A stretch of 64,000 nucleotides of DNA from Sedimentisphaerales bacterium (GTDB lineage Bacteria > Planctomycetota > Phycisphaerae > Sedimentisphaerales > Anaerobacaceae). This document shows positions 7,551 through 16,905 of the stretch, in pieces. The notes beneath the pieces are model-generated. The model was not told where the DNA came from and searched no databases. It saw only the letters and a program-made list of their open reading frames with translations. The stretch covers positions 576,001 through 640,000 of the forward strand of contig OY970194.1 in assembly GCA_963708075.1 (NCBI GenBank). The letters are read 5' to 3'. Position numbers and translations under genes: made by a program. The first letter of the stretch is position 1, and each line of letters begins with the position of its first letter.

Positions 7551-9073
7551 AACCACGCGTGAGAACAGCGTTGGGTATCGATGTGAGCCCGCACCAGGTT
7601 AGCGCAGCACTGGTGGAGCGGGCCGGGCGGGAGTTCAGAGTGATTGCCGCGGCGTCGAGCAATTTGCCGGCCTCGGTGGAACGGCAAGACTCCGTCGAGC
7701 AGGCCAAGGCGCTGTCACTCGTGGTCAAAAGACTAGGCAGGCGGGCGCGGTCTGCCCGAGTGAGAGCCGCAGTGTCCCTGTCGACACATCCTCTGGTCAT
7801 ACAGATTCTCGACATGCCCAAGCACATGCCGGCCAACATTCGTGAATTTGTAGAGGGCGAGCTCAGGCAGTACGTGCCGCTATCCGGCAAGCGCACTCTG
7901 TGCGACTTCTGCGGGATCGGCACTGCCACAGAGGGGCGAAAGCGAATGCTCACGGCTGCGGCTGAAATCAAGCCGGTCCTTAAGATAGTGAATGCCTGCA
8001 CCAAAGCGGGCGTAACTGTTGAGGCGGTCGAACCCTCGCTGCTGGCCTGCGCCAGGGCTATCCACGCGAGTGGCCGGGGTCAAACGCACGGCTGCAGCAC
8101 CCTGATCGCGGTGCTCGGCGGCAACAATCTCACTGTGTCGCTGTTCTGCGACGACATGATGGATTTCGTGAGAATTCGGGACATCCCGCCGGATGTATGT
8201 GAGCACGATTCGCTCCTCGAATGGCTGGCCGAGGAGTTGATGGCCGTGATGCGCTACCGTAACGCCGGCGCCGGTACCAACGGTGGTGTGTTGCACGCCA
8301 GAGTGATCCTTCAGAACCCTGCACGCGAAGCGAAAGAACTTGAGGCGTCGCTCCGCGCTCGGACAGGAATGGAGTCTCTTGTAGTCGCGCACGCGCACGA
8401 GCATTTCCCGGATTTTGCGGCAGGCGAGAGCGGCGCGGTGACCGAGGCCCCGTCCCAGATGGCGGTTGGCGCCGCCATGAAGATCCTGGACCCGGATGGG
8501 GACGATTTGAGCATCAATCTGCTGCCGGAGGAGGTGCGGCACGCCCGGTCGCTCGCCAGGCACGCATTACTGACGGCGATTGCCGGTGCGTTGACGTTCC
8601 TGGGGGTGATCGTGACAATGCTGTTCCTGAACCAAACGGCTGACAGCATCCGCGAGCAGGTGGAACAGACGAAGATTACTGAGCAGCTCTACACCACGCC
8701 GGCACTGATCGCACAGGATAAGTTCCTGGACCAGGAGATCTCCCGAGTCCGGCAGGAACTGGGCCCGCTGCGAAAGCTCGTGCCCGCGAACTGCGACGTG
8801 GATTGGTCGGGCGTGCTGAATGCCGTCAGACGGGCGGCTCCGGCCGGCGTGTGTGTCATGGAACTATCCGGCGACAATCGCAGCGAGCGTATTTCTCTCA
8901 AGGGCCTGGCCTTGTCCGGCGAGGCTGCCCAGTCGTTCGCCCGCGGCCTGGATGAAAGCAAGCCTTTCACATCCGTCGCCATGACCAAGATGACTGCGAA
9001 GCAGCAGAAGGGCAGGAGCCTCGTGGAATATCAGCTCGATTGCTCCACGATATCAGCGAGCGGAGGGAAGTGA
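7547..9073 (+). CDS. PilM-PilN fusion (alignment complex)
   Basis: N-terminal actin-like PilM (LGIDVS, AVGAAM), then INLLP motif, TM helix, coiled coil and PilN-like domain in one ORF. Confidence 0.8.
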   Translation: MKPRVRTALGIDVSPHQVSAALVERAGREFRVIAAASSNLPASVERQDSVEQAKALSLVVKRLGRRARSARVRAAVSLSTHPLVIQILDMPKHMPANIREFVEGELRQYVPLSGKRTLCDFCGIGTATEGRKRMLTAAAEIKPVLKIVNACTKAGVTVEAVEPSLLACARAIHASGRGQTHGCSTLIAVLGGNNLTVSLFCDDMMDFVRIRDIPPDVCEHDSLLEWLAEELMAVMRYRNAGAGTNGGVLHARVILQNPAREAKELEASLRARTGMESLVVAHAHEHFPDFAAGESGAVTEAPSQMAVGAAMKILDPDGDDLSINLLPEEVRHARSLARHALLTAIAGALTFLGVIVTMLFLNQTADSIREQVEQTKITEQLYTTPALIAQDKFLDQEISRVRQELGPLRKLVPANCDVDWSGVLNAVRRAAPAGVCVMELSGDNRSERISLKGLALSGEAAQSFARGLDESKPFTSVAMTKMTAKQQKGRSLVEYQLDCSTISASGGK

Positions 9074-9678
9074 CCGTGCCTGTGGATCGGATCATCATGG
9101 CAAAGGGATCGAAGAGAAACGCGATATCGATCGCGCTGATCGTGATCGGCGCCGCAGCGATGTACAACTGGACCCTCTCGCCCCAGGTTGGCTACCTGCG
9201 TGCCGTGCAGCGCTATCAGCCTGTGGTGGACGAGATGGCCGAGGAGACGGGAAGGATCGGCGGGACACTGGACGCAAAACGCCAGCAGTTGCGAACCCTG
9301 CAGCGGGAGTTGGCCGAAGCTCGTGGCAGTCTCTTCACGCGAGAGGAAGCCAGGGTGTTCCTGGGCAACGTGCAATCCTTTGTCGAGCAGACCGGCTGCA
9401 AAGTGGTCGTGGTGGCCTTCACATCCGATGGTCGGACCGAGCAGCCTCCTGGATCAGGAGGGCCTGCTTCCGTTGTGACCTCCCAGGTCAATTTGACCGT
9501 CGTGGGGCAGTACGATCAGATCGTTATGTTGCTCGATCGGCTGCAGAACAACCGCAGGAAAATCTGGGTGGACTCCTGTGCCCTGACGCTTTCTGATGTG
9601 CGTTCCGGGCGGCTCGAATGCAAGCTCGTCCTCATTTTACACGCCCTATCCGATAAGGAGGGCCATGTCGATGAATGA
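9070..9678 (+). CDS. PilO/GspM-like protein
   Basis: N-terminal TM, coiled coil, 'VNLTVVGQYDQIVMLLDRL' PilO motif; start 9070 or 9076. Confidence 0.72.
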   Translation: MTVPVDRIIMAKGSKRNAISIALIVIGAAAMYNWTLSPQVGYLRAVQRYQPVVDEMAEETGRIGGTLDAKRQQLRTLQRELAEARGSLFTREEARVFLGNVQSFVEQTGCKVVVVAFTSDGRTEQPPGSGGPASVVTSQVNLTVVGQYDQIVMLLDRLQNNRRKIWVDSCALTLSDVRSGRLECKLVLILHALSDKEGHVDE

Positions 9679-10930
9679 AGCGGTTTATCGCGGTGACCGG
9701 TTACGCCGTGTTCTCGTGCTGCTGTGCATGTGTCTCGCATCTGCAGATTTCTGCCCGGCGTTTGGGCAGCCGGCGGAGCCGGCCGCACCCCAGGCCGACA
9801 GGAATCCTTTTGCCGGCTTTCTCGGTCAAGACGAGCCCCAGACCCAGAGCGTGTCTTCCTCACCTGAACCTGTTGCACCCCCGGAGATGCGGCTTGAGAT
9901 GATCGTGCTCAAATTCCTCAACGCCACGAGCCTTAAGGGGGTCCTGGACAAAATGGTTTCCACATATGGCTCGGTGGCGGTCAATGAGAAGACGAACTCT
10001 GTGATCGTGTGCGACACGCCGGAGAACCTGAGCAGGATCCTCGCAGAGATCAAGAAAGCGGACCAGACCCCGTTGCAGGTCATGGTGGAAGTCGTGATCC
10101 TCGACGTGCAACTGAGGGACGACACCGAGATCGGCGTGAACTGGGACCTGCTTTCCACCGACCTGGAGGATATCACCTATCGGCAGAACGTCACCGGCTC
10201 GCGGCTTACCGCGGTTCCTCCGTCAGCGGCTACCCTCGGCAACGCCACAGCGTACAACACGTTGGGGCTGGGCGGCGATTTCAGCGTGATCAGCGGCTCT
10301 GTCCGGCACGTCCTGCACATGATCCAGCAGAAGCGGGACACGGAGATTCTCGCCAGCCCGAGGGCGCTGGTAGTCAGCGGGCAGGTCGCGACGATCAAGG
10401 CTGTCGAGGAAATCCCGTACGAGGAGATTGTCGACACGGCCACGGGTGGGGCGAACGCTCTGACGTCCACGAGATTCAAAGAGGTCGGCGTCACTCTGCG
10501 GGTGGAGGCGACCGTCACGGACGGAAACAACATCTTCCTCACCGTCGACACCAGTCAGAATGTCACGACGGGCGAAAGTGCCAAGGGAGTCCCGGTTGTG
10601 GATACGAGGCAGGCGACCACGTCGCTGCTGCTTCAAGACAGCCAGACGGTCATCATTGGGGGCCTGCGACGGGAGGAGAAGACCAGGCAGGTCAACCAGA
10701 TCCCCATCCTCGGCGATCTGCCCGTGATCGGGCTCCTGTTCAAGAACGTCAGCACGGTGACGGCTCATTCTGAGCTGGTCGTGCTCCTGTCTCCCCATAT
10801 TTACCGGGGGAGCCCTGTTCCCGGCGAGATCACCGCCAGGCTCGAGGCCCTGCAATCCCGCAGCCCTTTGAAAACTCAAGTCGTCACAGAATCGAACAAG
10901 AGCGAATCCTCGCAAACAGAGGAGCGATGA
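9665..10930 (+). CDS. Short secretin (PilQ/GspD family)
   Basis: Signal peptide, single N3 domain (NEKTNSVIVCDTP), QVMVEVVIL, ILASPR, IIGGL, IPILGDLPVIGLLFK, ELVVLLSPHI; AAGGAGG SD before ATG 9665. Confidence 0.9.
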   Translation: MSMNEAVYRGDRLRRVLVLLCMCLASADFCPAFGQPAEPAAPQADRNPFAGFLGQDEPQTQSVSSSPEPVAPPEMRLEMIVLKFLNATSLKGVLDKMVSTYGSVAVNEKTNSVIVCDTPENLSRILAEIKKADQTPLQVMVEVVILDVQLRDDTEIGVNWDLLSTDLEDITYRQNVTGSRLTAVPPSAATLGNATAYNTLGLGGDFSVISGSVRHVLHMIQQKRDTEILASPRALVVSGQVATIKAVEEIPYEEIVDTATGGANALTSTRFKEVGVTLRVEATVTDGNNIFLTVDTSQNVTTGESAKGVPVVDTRQATTSLLLQDSQTVIIGGLRREEKTRQVNQIPILGDLPVIGLLFKNVSTVTAHSELVVLLSPHIYRGSPVPGEITARLEALQSRSPLKTQVVTESNKSESSQTEER

Positions 10931-10931
10931 T

Positions 10932-11342
10932 ATGCTGAAGCTATTCCGATCCAGGCAACGAACGTCCCAGATGAAGATTCTTGTCGTGGATGACGAGCCG
11001 GACCTGCTCAGTACGGTGGAATACCGGCTGAAATTCGCAGAATGTGACGTGGTTACCGCCTGCAACGGCCAGGAGGGACTTGAGAAGGCGGCCGCGGAAA
11101 GGCCCGACCTGATCCTGCTCGACACCAATATGCCGATCATGAGCGGCCATCAGATGCTGGAGCGCCTGCGGGCGGACCCCAATCTGAAGGGTATACCGGT
11201 GATCATGCTTACCGCCCGGTGCGAACCGCAGGACATCGCGGCGGCCTCTGCATTGGGCATATCGGACTATGTCACTAAGCCGTTCGATTTCACCCAGCTC
11301 ATGGACAAAGTACGGGCAGCTCTGAGCGGCAGGAAACCCTGA
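10932..11342 (+). CDS. Single-domain response regulator (receiver)
   Basis: ILVVDDE, DLILLD, MLTA, YVTKPF. Confidence 0.92.
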   Translation: MLKLFRSRQRTSQMKILVVDDEPDLLSTVEYRLKFAECDVVTACNGQEGLEKAAAERPDLILLDTNMPIMSGHQMLERLRADPNLKGIPVIMLTARCEPQDIAAASALGISDYVTKPFDFTQLMDKVRAALSGRKP

Positions 11343-11396
11343 TGAACCACGGTTGACCGGCGAGCACATTGGGTCAACATCTGAGGGAGGATACAA

Positions 11397-14300
11397 TTGG
11401 CCATGTCCAAAGCCTTACGAATCCTGATCGTTTACAGCAGCGCCGCTGACAGGACATTGGTGCAAACGCTGCTCGCCCGCTCTTCTCTGGCTATCGGTGA
11501 GGTCCGATATACCGACGGCCTCAACGCCGCCGTAGAGATGGTACAGGGATCTCCGTATGACGTCATTCTGATCAGCCTTACGGACAATCCGGCTGCAGAC
11601 ATGGTTGCGGCAATCCAGAAACAAGCGCCCGAGGCAGCCATCCTTCTATTGACCTCGGTGGATGACGAGCAAACGGCTGCCGCCGCCATCCGCAGCGGGG
11701 CGCAGGACTGCCTTGTCAGGGGACGGATCGACGCTTACTTCCTGTCGCACGCCATACGAGGCGCGCTGGAACGCAAGCGGATGGAGCAGGCGATTCGGAC
11801 GAGTGAGGCCCGACTTCGCAGCATTATCGAGCACGGCACGAATCTGTTCTACTCCCATACCCCGGACCACACGTTCACGTATGCCAGTCCCCAGGTGAAG
11901 GAGTTGCTTGGCTACGCTCCAGAGGAGTTCGCCATGCGCTGGACAGACATCGTCACTGATAATCCGGTCAATGAGAAAGCAGTGCGGCTGACCGAGGAAG
12001 CCATCAGGACGGGACAACGCCAGACGCCGTATGAAGTGGAAGTCTGCGCGAAGGACGGGCAGAAGAAATGGTTCGAGATCCACGAAGCGCCCGTTGTGGT
12101 GGATGGCCGTACCGTCAGCATCGTCGGTGCCGCAGCCGACATCACTCTGCGAAAACAAGCGGAAGAGGCGCTCCATGTAGTGAACTCATTCCGCAACACG
12201 ATTATCACCAATGCGGCGGAAGGACTGTGCGTCTGCCGCGAGGTTCCCGACCACCCCTTTGTGATCTTCACTGTCTGGAACGACCGCATGACCGAGATCA
12301 CCGGTTACACGATGGCGGAAGTCAACAGTCTGGGCTGGTACCAGGCTATATTCCCGGATCCGTGCGTGCGGGCGCGGGCGACGGAACGCATGGCTCGCAT
12401 GCGACAGGGAGAAGACCTGGTGTCGGAGGAATGGGTGATCACTCGGGCCGATGGGCAGGAGAGGACACTGCTGATCTCCACCTCCATTCTGGTGTCCAAT
12501 AATCCCCCGATGCAAGTCCTGGCGGTAATGCAGGACATCACTCAGCGCAAGAAGCTCGAGAAACGCGTCCAGGACCAGTTGCATCTTCTGCAGACGCTCA
12601 TGGACGCGATGCCCAACCCCATCTACTACAAGGATGCCCAGCTTCGCTACCTCGGCTGCAACAAGGCCTTCGAGAGACTTCTCGGCGTCGCCGAGGCTCA
12701 GATCGTGGGCAGGACGATCCATGACATTGCGCCGGAGGATCTTGCCGACCGGTACGATGCGGCGGATATAGAGCTGCTCGCCTGCCCTGGTTTTCAAACC
12801 TATGAGGGCTCAGTTGTTTCAGTCGATGGCGCCCGCCGCGGCGTGCTCTTTCACAAGGCCACATTCCAGAACGCGGAGGGAGACGTCGCCGGAATCGTCG
12901 GTGTCGTGGTCGACACCACCGAGCTGGCACGTGCCGAGCAGGCTCTGCTGGTGAAGGATAGTGCCCTCAACAGTGCAATCAGTGGCATCATTCTGACCGA
13001 CCTCGACGGCAAGTTGACCTACGCAAACCCATCCTGCCTGAGAATGTGGGGCTTCGATCACGAGCACCAGGTCCTGCACCGACCCTTCATGTCTCTTCTG
13101 TGCTGCGAAAAGGAAGGGTTGGCAGCCCACCAGATGACCCTCGATTCCGGCGCCTGGCACGGAGAACTGACGGCTCAAAAGACGGATGGTTCGGAGTTCA
13201 CTGTGCAGGTATCGGCGAACCTGGTCCGGGATAAGCACGGCAAGCCTGTCTGCCTGATGGCCTCTCTCGTCGATATCACCGAGAGCCGGCGTCTGCACGA
13301 CATCCTCGACCACAAACAGAAAAACCTGGAGGCGATTTTCGATGCAGCGCCCCTGGGCATGCTGCTCGTGAACGAGCAGCGCCGAGTGGTGCGTGCCAAC
13401 GATGCGGTGCGTCAGATATCCGGAAAGGGATACCCGGAAATCCTGAATCAGCATCCGTGTCAAGCCCTGGCGTGTGTTCATGCAACGCCGGAACTCGAGA
13501 CAGACGGTCATCGTGGCGCCTGCGAGGCGTGCTCGCTTCAGAATCTGATGGAAGCCACGTTCGAGTCGGGCTCGCCTGTCCACGGGAACGAGACTCAACC
13601 AGCATGGAACCGCAATGGCGAAGAAGTCCGGCCCTGGTTTTCTGTGAGCATCGAGCCGGTCGACATCGACGGCGACAGGCATATTCTCATCGCGCTCCAC
13701 GATGTCACGCATCGCAAAGAGGCCGAGGAGAGGTTGCGAGAGACAATGGAGATGAAATCACAGTTCGTCTCCACGGTCTCGCACGAGCTGCGTACGCCGC
13801 TGACCGCAATGAAGGAGGCGGTGACCATCGTTGCCGAGGGCATTGCCGGTAAACTCAACAAGGACCAGACGCGCTTCCTCGACATTGCCCGGCGAAACAT
13901 CGAACGCCTGGGCCGGCTGATTGATGACGTGCTCGATTTTCAGAGGCTCAGTGCAGGCAAGATGCAGTTCCACATGCAGTCCCATCACATCGACAAGACG
14001 ATCGACGAGGCGTGCAGCACGATGCAGCCGCAAGTCCGGCAGAAACAACTCCATCTGTCGGTGGACGTGGAGTCCGATCTGCCGGCCATCGTCTACGATC
14101 ATGATAGAATGATCCAGGCCCTCACAAATCTGCTCAGCAACGCCATCAAGTTCACCCCTGAGGGGGGACGCATTGTCCTCTCGGCTCGGGCTCGGGGAGA
14201 GTCTCTGGCCATAAGCGTCAGCGACACCGGCATGGGCATTCCGCCGGAAGCACTGCCCAGGATCTTCACGCAGTTCTACCGGGTGCACAGACCCGGCAAG

Positions 14301-14507
14301 GAGATCAAGGGCACGGGACTTGGCCTGGCCATCGTCAACAAGATCATTATCGCGCACGGCGGCAGAATCGACGTCGTGAGCGAGCTGAACCAGGGGACAA
14401 CCTTCACGGTTCTGCTTCCGTTGACGCCCGCACAGCCGTCCAAGGACATGTCCCAGCAAGCCGGCGCCTGCCTGGAGAGCGCCTTGCGGGGCGGGATACA
14501 GACTTGA
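11397..14507 (+). CDS. Cytoplasmic sensor histidine kinase: degenerate receiver + five PAS/PAC + HisKA + HATPase
   Basis: SHELRTPL H-box, NLLSNAIKFT, DTGMGI, GTGLGL; PAC ends DITLRK, DITQRK, DTTEL, DITESR, DVTHRK; no TM segment. Confidence 0.93.
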   Translation: MAMSKALRILIVYSSAADRTLVQTLLARSSLAIGEVRYTDGLNAAVEMVQGSPYDVILISLTDNPAADMVAAIQKQAPEAAILLLTSVDDEQTAAAAIRSGAQDCLVRGRIDAYFLSHAIRGALERKRMEQAIRTSEARLRSIIEHGTNLFYSHTPDHTFTYASPQVKELLGYAPEEFAMRWTDIVTDNPVNEKAVRLTEEAIRTGQRQTPYEVEVCAKDGQKKWFEIHEAPVVVDGRTVSIVGAAADITLRKQAEEALHVVNSFRNTIITNAAEGLCVCREVPDHPFVIFTVWNDRMTEITGYTMAEVNSLGWYQAIFPDPCVRARATERMARMRQGEDLVSEEWVITRADGQERTLLISTSILVSNNPPMQVLAVMQDITQRKKLEKRVQDQLHLLQTLMDAMPNPIYYKDAQLRYLGCNKAFERLLGVAEAQIVGRTIHDIAPEDLADRYDAADIELLACPGFQTYEGSVVSVDGARRGVLFHKATFQNAEGDVAGIVGVVVDTTELARAEQALLVKDSALNSAISGIILTDLDGKLTYANPSCLRMWGFDHEHQVLHRPFMSLLCCEKEGLAAHQMTLDSGAWHGELTAQKTDGSEFTVQVSANLVRDKHGKPVCLMASLVDITESRRLHDILDHKQKNLEAIFDAAPLGMLLVNEQRRVVRANDAVRQISGKGYPEILNQHPCQALACVHATPELETDGHRGACEACSLQNLMEATFESGSPVHGNETQPAWNRNGEEVRPWFSVSIEPVDIDGDRHILIALHDVTHRKEAEERLRETMEMKSQFVSTVSHELRTPLTAMKEAVTIVAEGIAGKLNKDQTRFLDIARRNIERLGRLIDDVLDFQRLSAGKMQFHMQSHHIDKTIDEACSTMQPQVRQKQLHLSVDVESDLPAIVYDHDRMIQALTNLLSNAIKFTPEGGRIVLSARARGESLAISVSDTGMGIPPEALPRIFTQFYRVHRPGKEIKGTGLGLAIVNKIIIAHGGRIDVVSELNQGTTFTVLLPLTPAQPSKDMSQQAGACLESALRGGIQT

Positions 14508-14657
14508 TTCCCTCGTCCGAGCGCCATATCATTATGAACCAGTGAAGAACCGTGCCAACTCACGGGCGGACGACCGTCCTGGGGTGGCGGGTCAGTTGCC
14601 GGGATTGCCACACTGCTCATTTGATGGTCCAAACGATTGCTCAGGGGATTGCAGGGA

Positions 14658-15299
14658 ATGGATGGCCATATGGGGAAGCATGTGTACGTTGTGGATGATG
14701 AGCCCACGGTCCGAACTGCCGTCCGCAAGACTCTCGAACGCGCGGATCTAACCGTCCGTTGTTTCGAAAGCGCCGATGCTTGCCTTGCCGGTCTCGACGG
14801 CGGAACATGTGATCTTTTGATCACCGACGTGCGAATGCCCGGAAAGGACGGCATCGAGCTGCTGACGGAGGTCAGAAGGCTTCAGCCCTGGCTGCCCATG
14901 CTCGTGGTGACCGGCTTCGGCGATGTGCCCATGGCGGTGAAGGCTCTGAAGGCCGGCGCGGCGGATTTCATCGAGAAGCCCCTGGACAGGGACACATTTC
15001 TGGAGGCGGTTCAACGATTGCTGGCGAACAGCACCGGGCCGAGAGGGATGCTCGATCGTTCTCTCACGAGGATGGAGCTGAAGGTTCTCAATGGTATTCT
15101 GGAGGGCAGGAACAACCGGGAGATCGCCGATGTCCTGCATCGGTCGGCTCGAACGGTGGAGGTGCATCGCCGTCACCTGATGCGGAAGCTGAGGGCCAAT
15201 AATGTCGTGGAACTGCTTCGGCAAGCGGCCAGGCTGCGTCTGTTCGATCTGGACGCATCTGCCGCGGATGCGCATCGCGCGACAGATGCCCTGGAGTAG
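14658..15299 (+). CDS. FixJ/LuxR-family response regulator
   Basis: VVDDE, LITDVRMPG, AVKALKAGAADFIEKP, LuxR HTH (NREIADVLHRSARTVEVHRRHLMRKL); start 14658 or 14670. Confidence 0.92.
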   Translation: MDGHMGKHVYVVDDEPTVRTAVRKTLERADLTVRCFESADACLAGLDGGTCDLLITDVRMPGKDGIELLTEVRRLQPWLPMLVVTGFGDVPMAVKALKAGAADFIEKPLDRDTFLEAVQRLLANSTGPRGMLDRSLTRMELKVLNGILEGRNNREIADVLHRSARTVEVHRRHLMRKLRANNVVELLRQAARLRLFDLDASAADAHRATDALE

Positions 15300-15426
15300 G
15301 CGCCGGTAACTCCTCCGGAGCGCCGCAGGAGAGCCTTGGCACGCTCGGGGAATAGGCATGTGCAACTCGCATACGGCAGGCATATTGTAACAGGCAGCAA
15401 ACCGTTCATGCTAAAGGGTCAGGATT

Positions 15427-16866
15427 ATGTTACGCCATGATAGCCAGCAGCCGCTGAAGAGAGCATACGATCACAGAGATGCAAGTGCCAAGCCCACCAT
15501 CACGCGCCGGGAAATGCTGAAGGCCGCCATGTTGGCTACCGCCTCCGCCGGCTTGCGCTCGACGGAGCAGATCGCCTTGGCGCAGGAAAAAGGCGACAGA
15601 CCTCGCCGGGATGAGGCCGTACAGGTGCTGAACCCATGTGGGCGCGTTCCCATGAGCATGATCATCGATGATTCCACGTGCCTGGTGAACCTGGCCCATT
15701 TTGGCATTCCTCAATTCGCGGAGGTCTTCCCTGACAACTACAAGCAGGATTGGAGGAAGCTGCCGCGAGAGATCCCGGATTCCTTCGTGCGCAAGTTCGG
15801 CCAGTGGTGTCACGAGCAGGGCGTGAAAGGCAAGTACAGCATCGTTCCCTATCCCGCCTGCGTGGGATGGCTCGACCGCGACCTGCCCGGGTGGTCGAAG
15901 AAGGAACTGACGGAGAGCATCAAGCTCGTGCGGGAACTCATGATGCCGGACTGGGATATCCACCCGGAGATGGTCTCGCACACGTGGGTCATCGACACGA
16001 AGACCGGCCGGCCCTATCCCGAGCGGACGGAGCGGTTCATGGAGAACTGGGGCTGGACGACAGGGAAATCGGCCGATGAAATTGCGGACTACATGAGCTA
16101 TGCCCTGCGCATCCTGAAGAACATCGGGCTCGAATGCGAGGGCATCACTACGCCCGGCGGGTTCGGCAACCAGGCTCTGCCGGAATTGTCACAGGCCACG
16201 TTGCAGGCATGCCGCGACGTCTTCAAGACGGAGATTCCTCACTACTTTCGGCATCTGTTCACCGACGACCAGAGTGTGGCGCCCCGCGTGGAGTACGCCT
16301 CCGGCCTCGACGGCCCGGACCCGAAGTGCGTCGTCTCGATCATCGGCTGTACCGGCGACTGGTTCGGCGGCTGGGACGGCTTGGAGCGGGGCTCGGCGGA
16401 CCAGTTCATCACGGAGGACCTCAAGGGCGGGAGGCTGCCGCAGGTGATCGAAAAAGGCGAGCCGGCCATCCTCGTCTGCCACTGGCCCGGGATCTACTTC
16501 AACGGCGAAGAGGTGGGGTTCAACATTCTCAAAGAGGTCGTGCGACGGCTGAACGCCCGCTACGACAACCTGATCTGGATGAAACAGTGCGAGATCGCCC
16601 GCTATTGGGCGGCCAGGGAACTGACGCAGATCAGGAAAGAAGGCAATCGCATCACTCTCGATGCGCCATTCGCGGCTCCACGCTTCACGGTGCGAGTGAG
16701 TGGTGTGCCCACCCAGCGGCCGACTATGGTGACCGGCGGGGCGGTGACAAAGCTGGAGCAGGCGCCTAAACCGCTGCAACTCAGGAGCGGCACGTGGTGC
16801 CAGGACGCTGCGAGCACAACAATCTGCTTCGATCTGCCAAAGGGACAATCTGCTATCCAACTCTAA
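15427..16866 (+). CDS. Tat-exported conserved hypothetical protein (possible NodB/GH57-like barrel)
   Basis: TRREMLK twin-arginine motif; IIDD, HPEMVSHT and CHW motifs reminiscent of metal-dependent deacetylase folds. Confidence 0.55.
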   Translation: MLRHDSQQPLKRAYDHRDASAKPTITRREMLKAAMLATASAGLRSTEQIALAQEKGDRPRRDEAVQVLNPCGRVPMSMIIDDSTCLVNLAHFGIPQFAEVFPDNYKQDWRKLPREIPDSFVRKFGQWCHEQGVKGKYSIVPYPACVGWLDRDLPGWSKKELTESIKLVRELMMPDWDIHPEMVSHTWVIDTKTGRPYPERTERFMENWGWTTGKSADEIADYMSYALRILKNIGLECEGITTPGGFGNQALPELSQATLQACRDVFKTEIPHYFRHLFTDDQSVAPRVEYASGLDGPDPKCVVSIIGCTGDWFGGWDGLERGSADQFITEDLKGGRLPQVIEKGEPAILVCHWPGIYFNGEEVGFNILKEVVRRLNARYDNLIWMKQCEIARYWAARELTQIRKEGNRITLDAPFAAPRFTVRVSGVPTQRPTMVTGGAVTKLEQAPKPLQLRSGTWCQDAASTTICFDLPKGQSAIQL

Positions 16867-16905
16867 GATGTCACGAGCACGACCATCGTTTTCCGGAGGC
16901 TCCCC

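Noticed and set aside
15339..15356. Sigma54-like TTGGCAC box
   Set aside because: No TTGC -12 element at the required spacing
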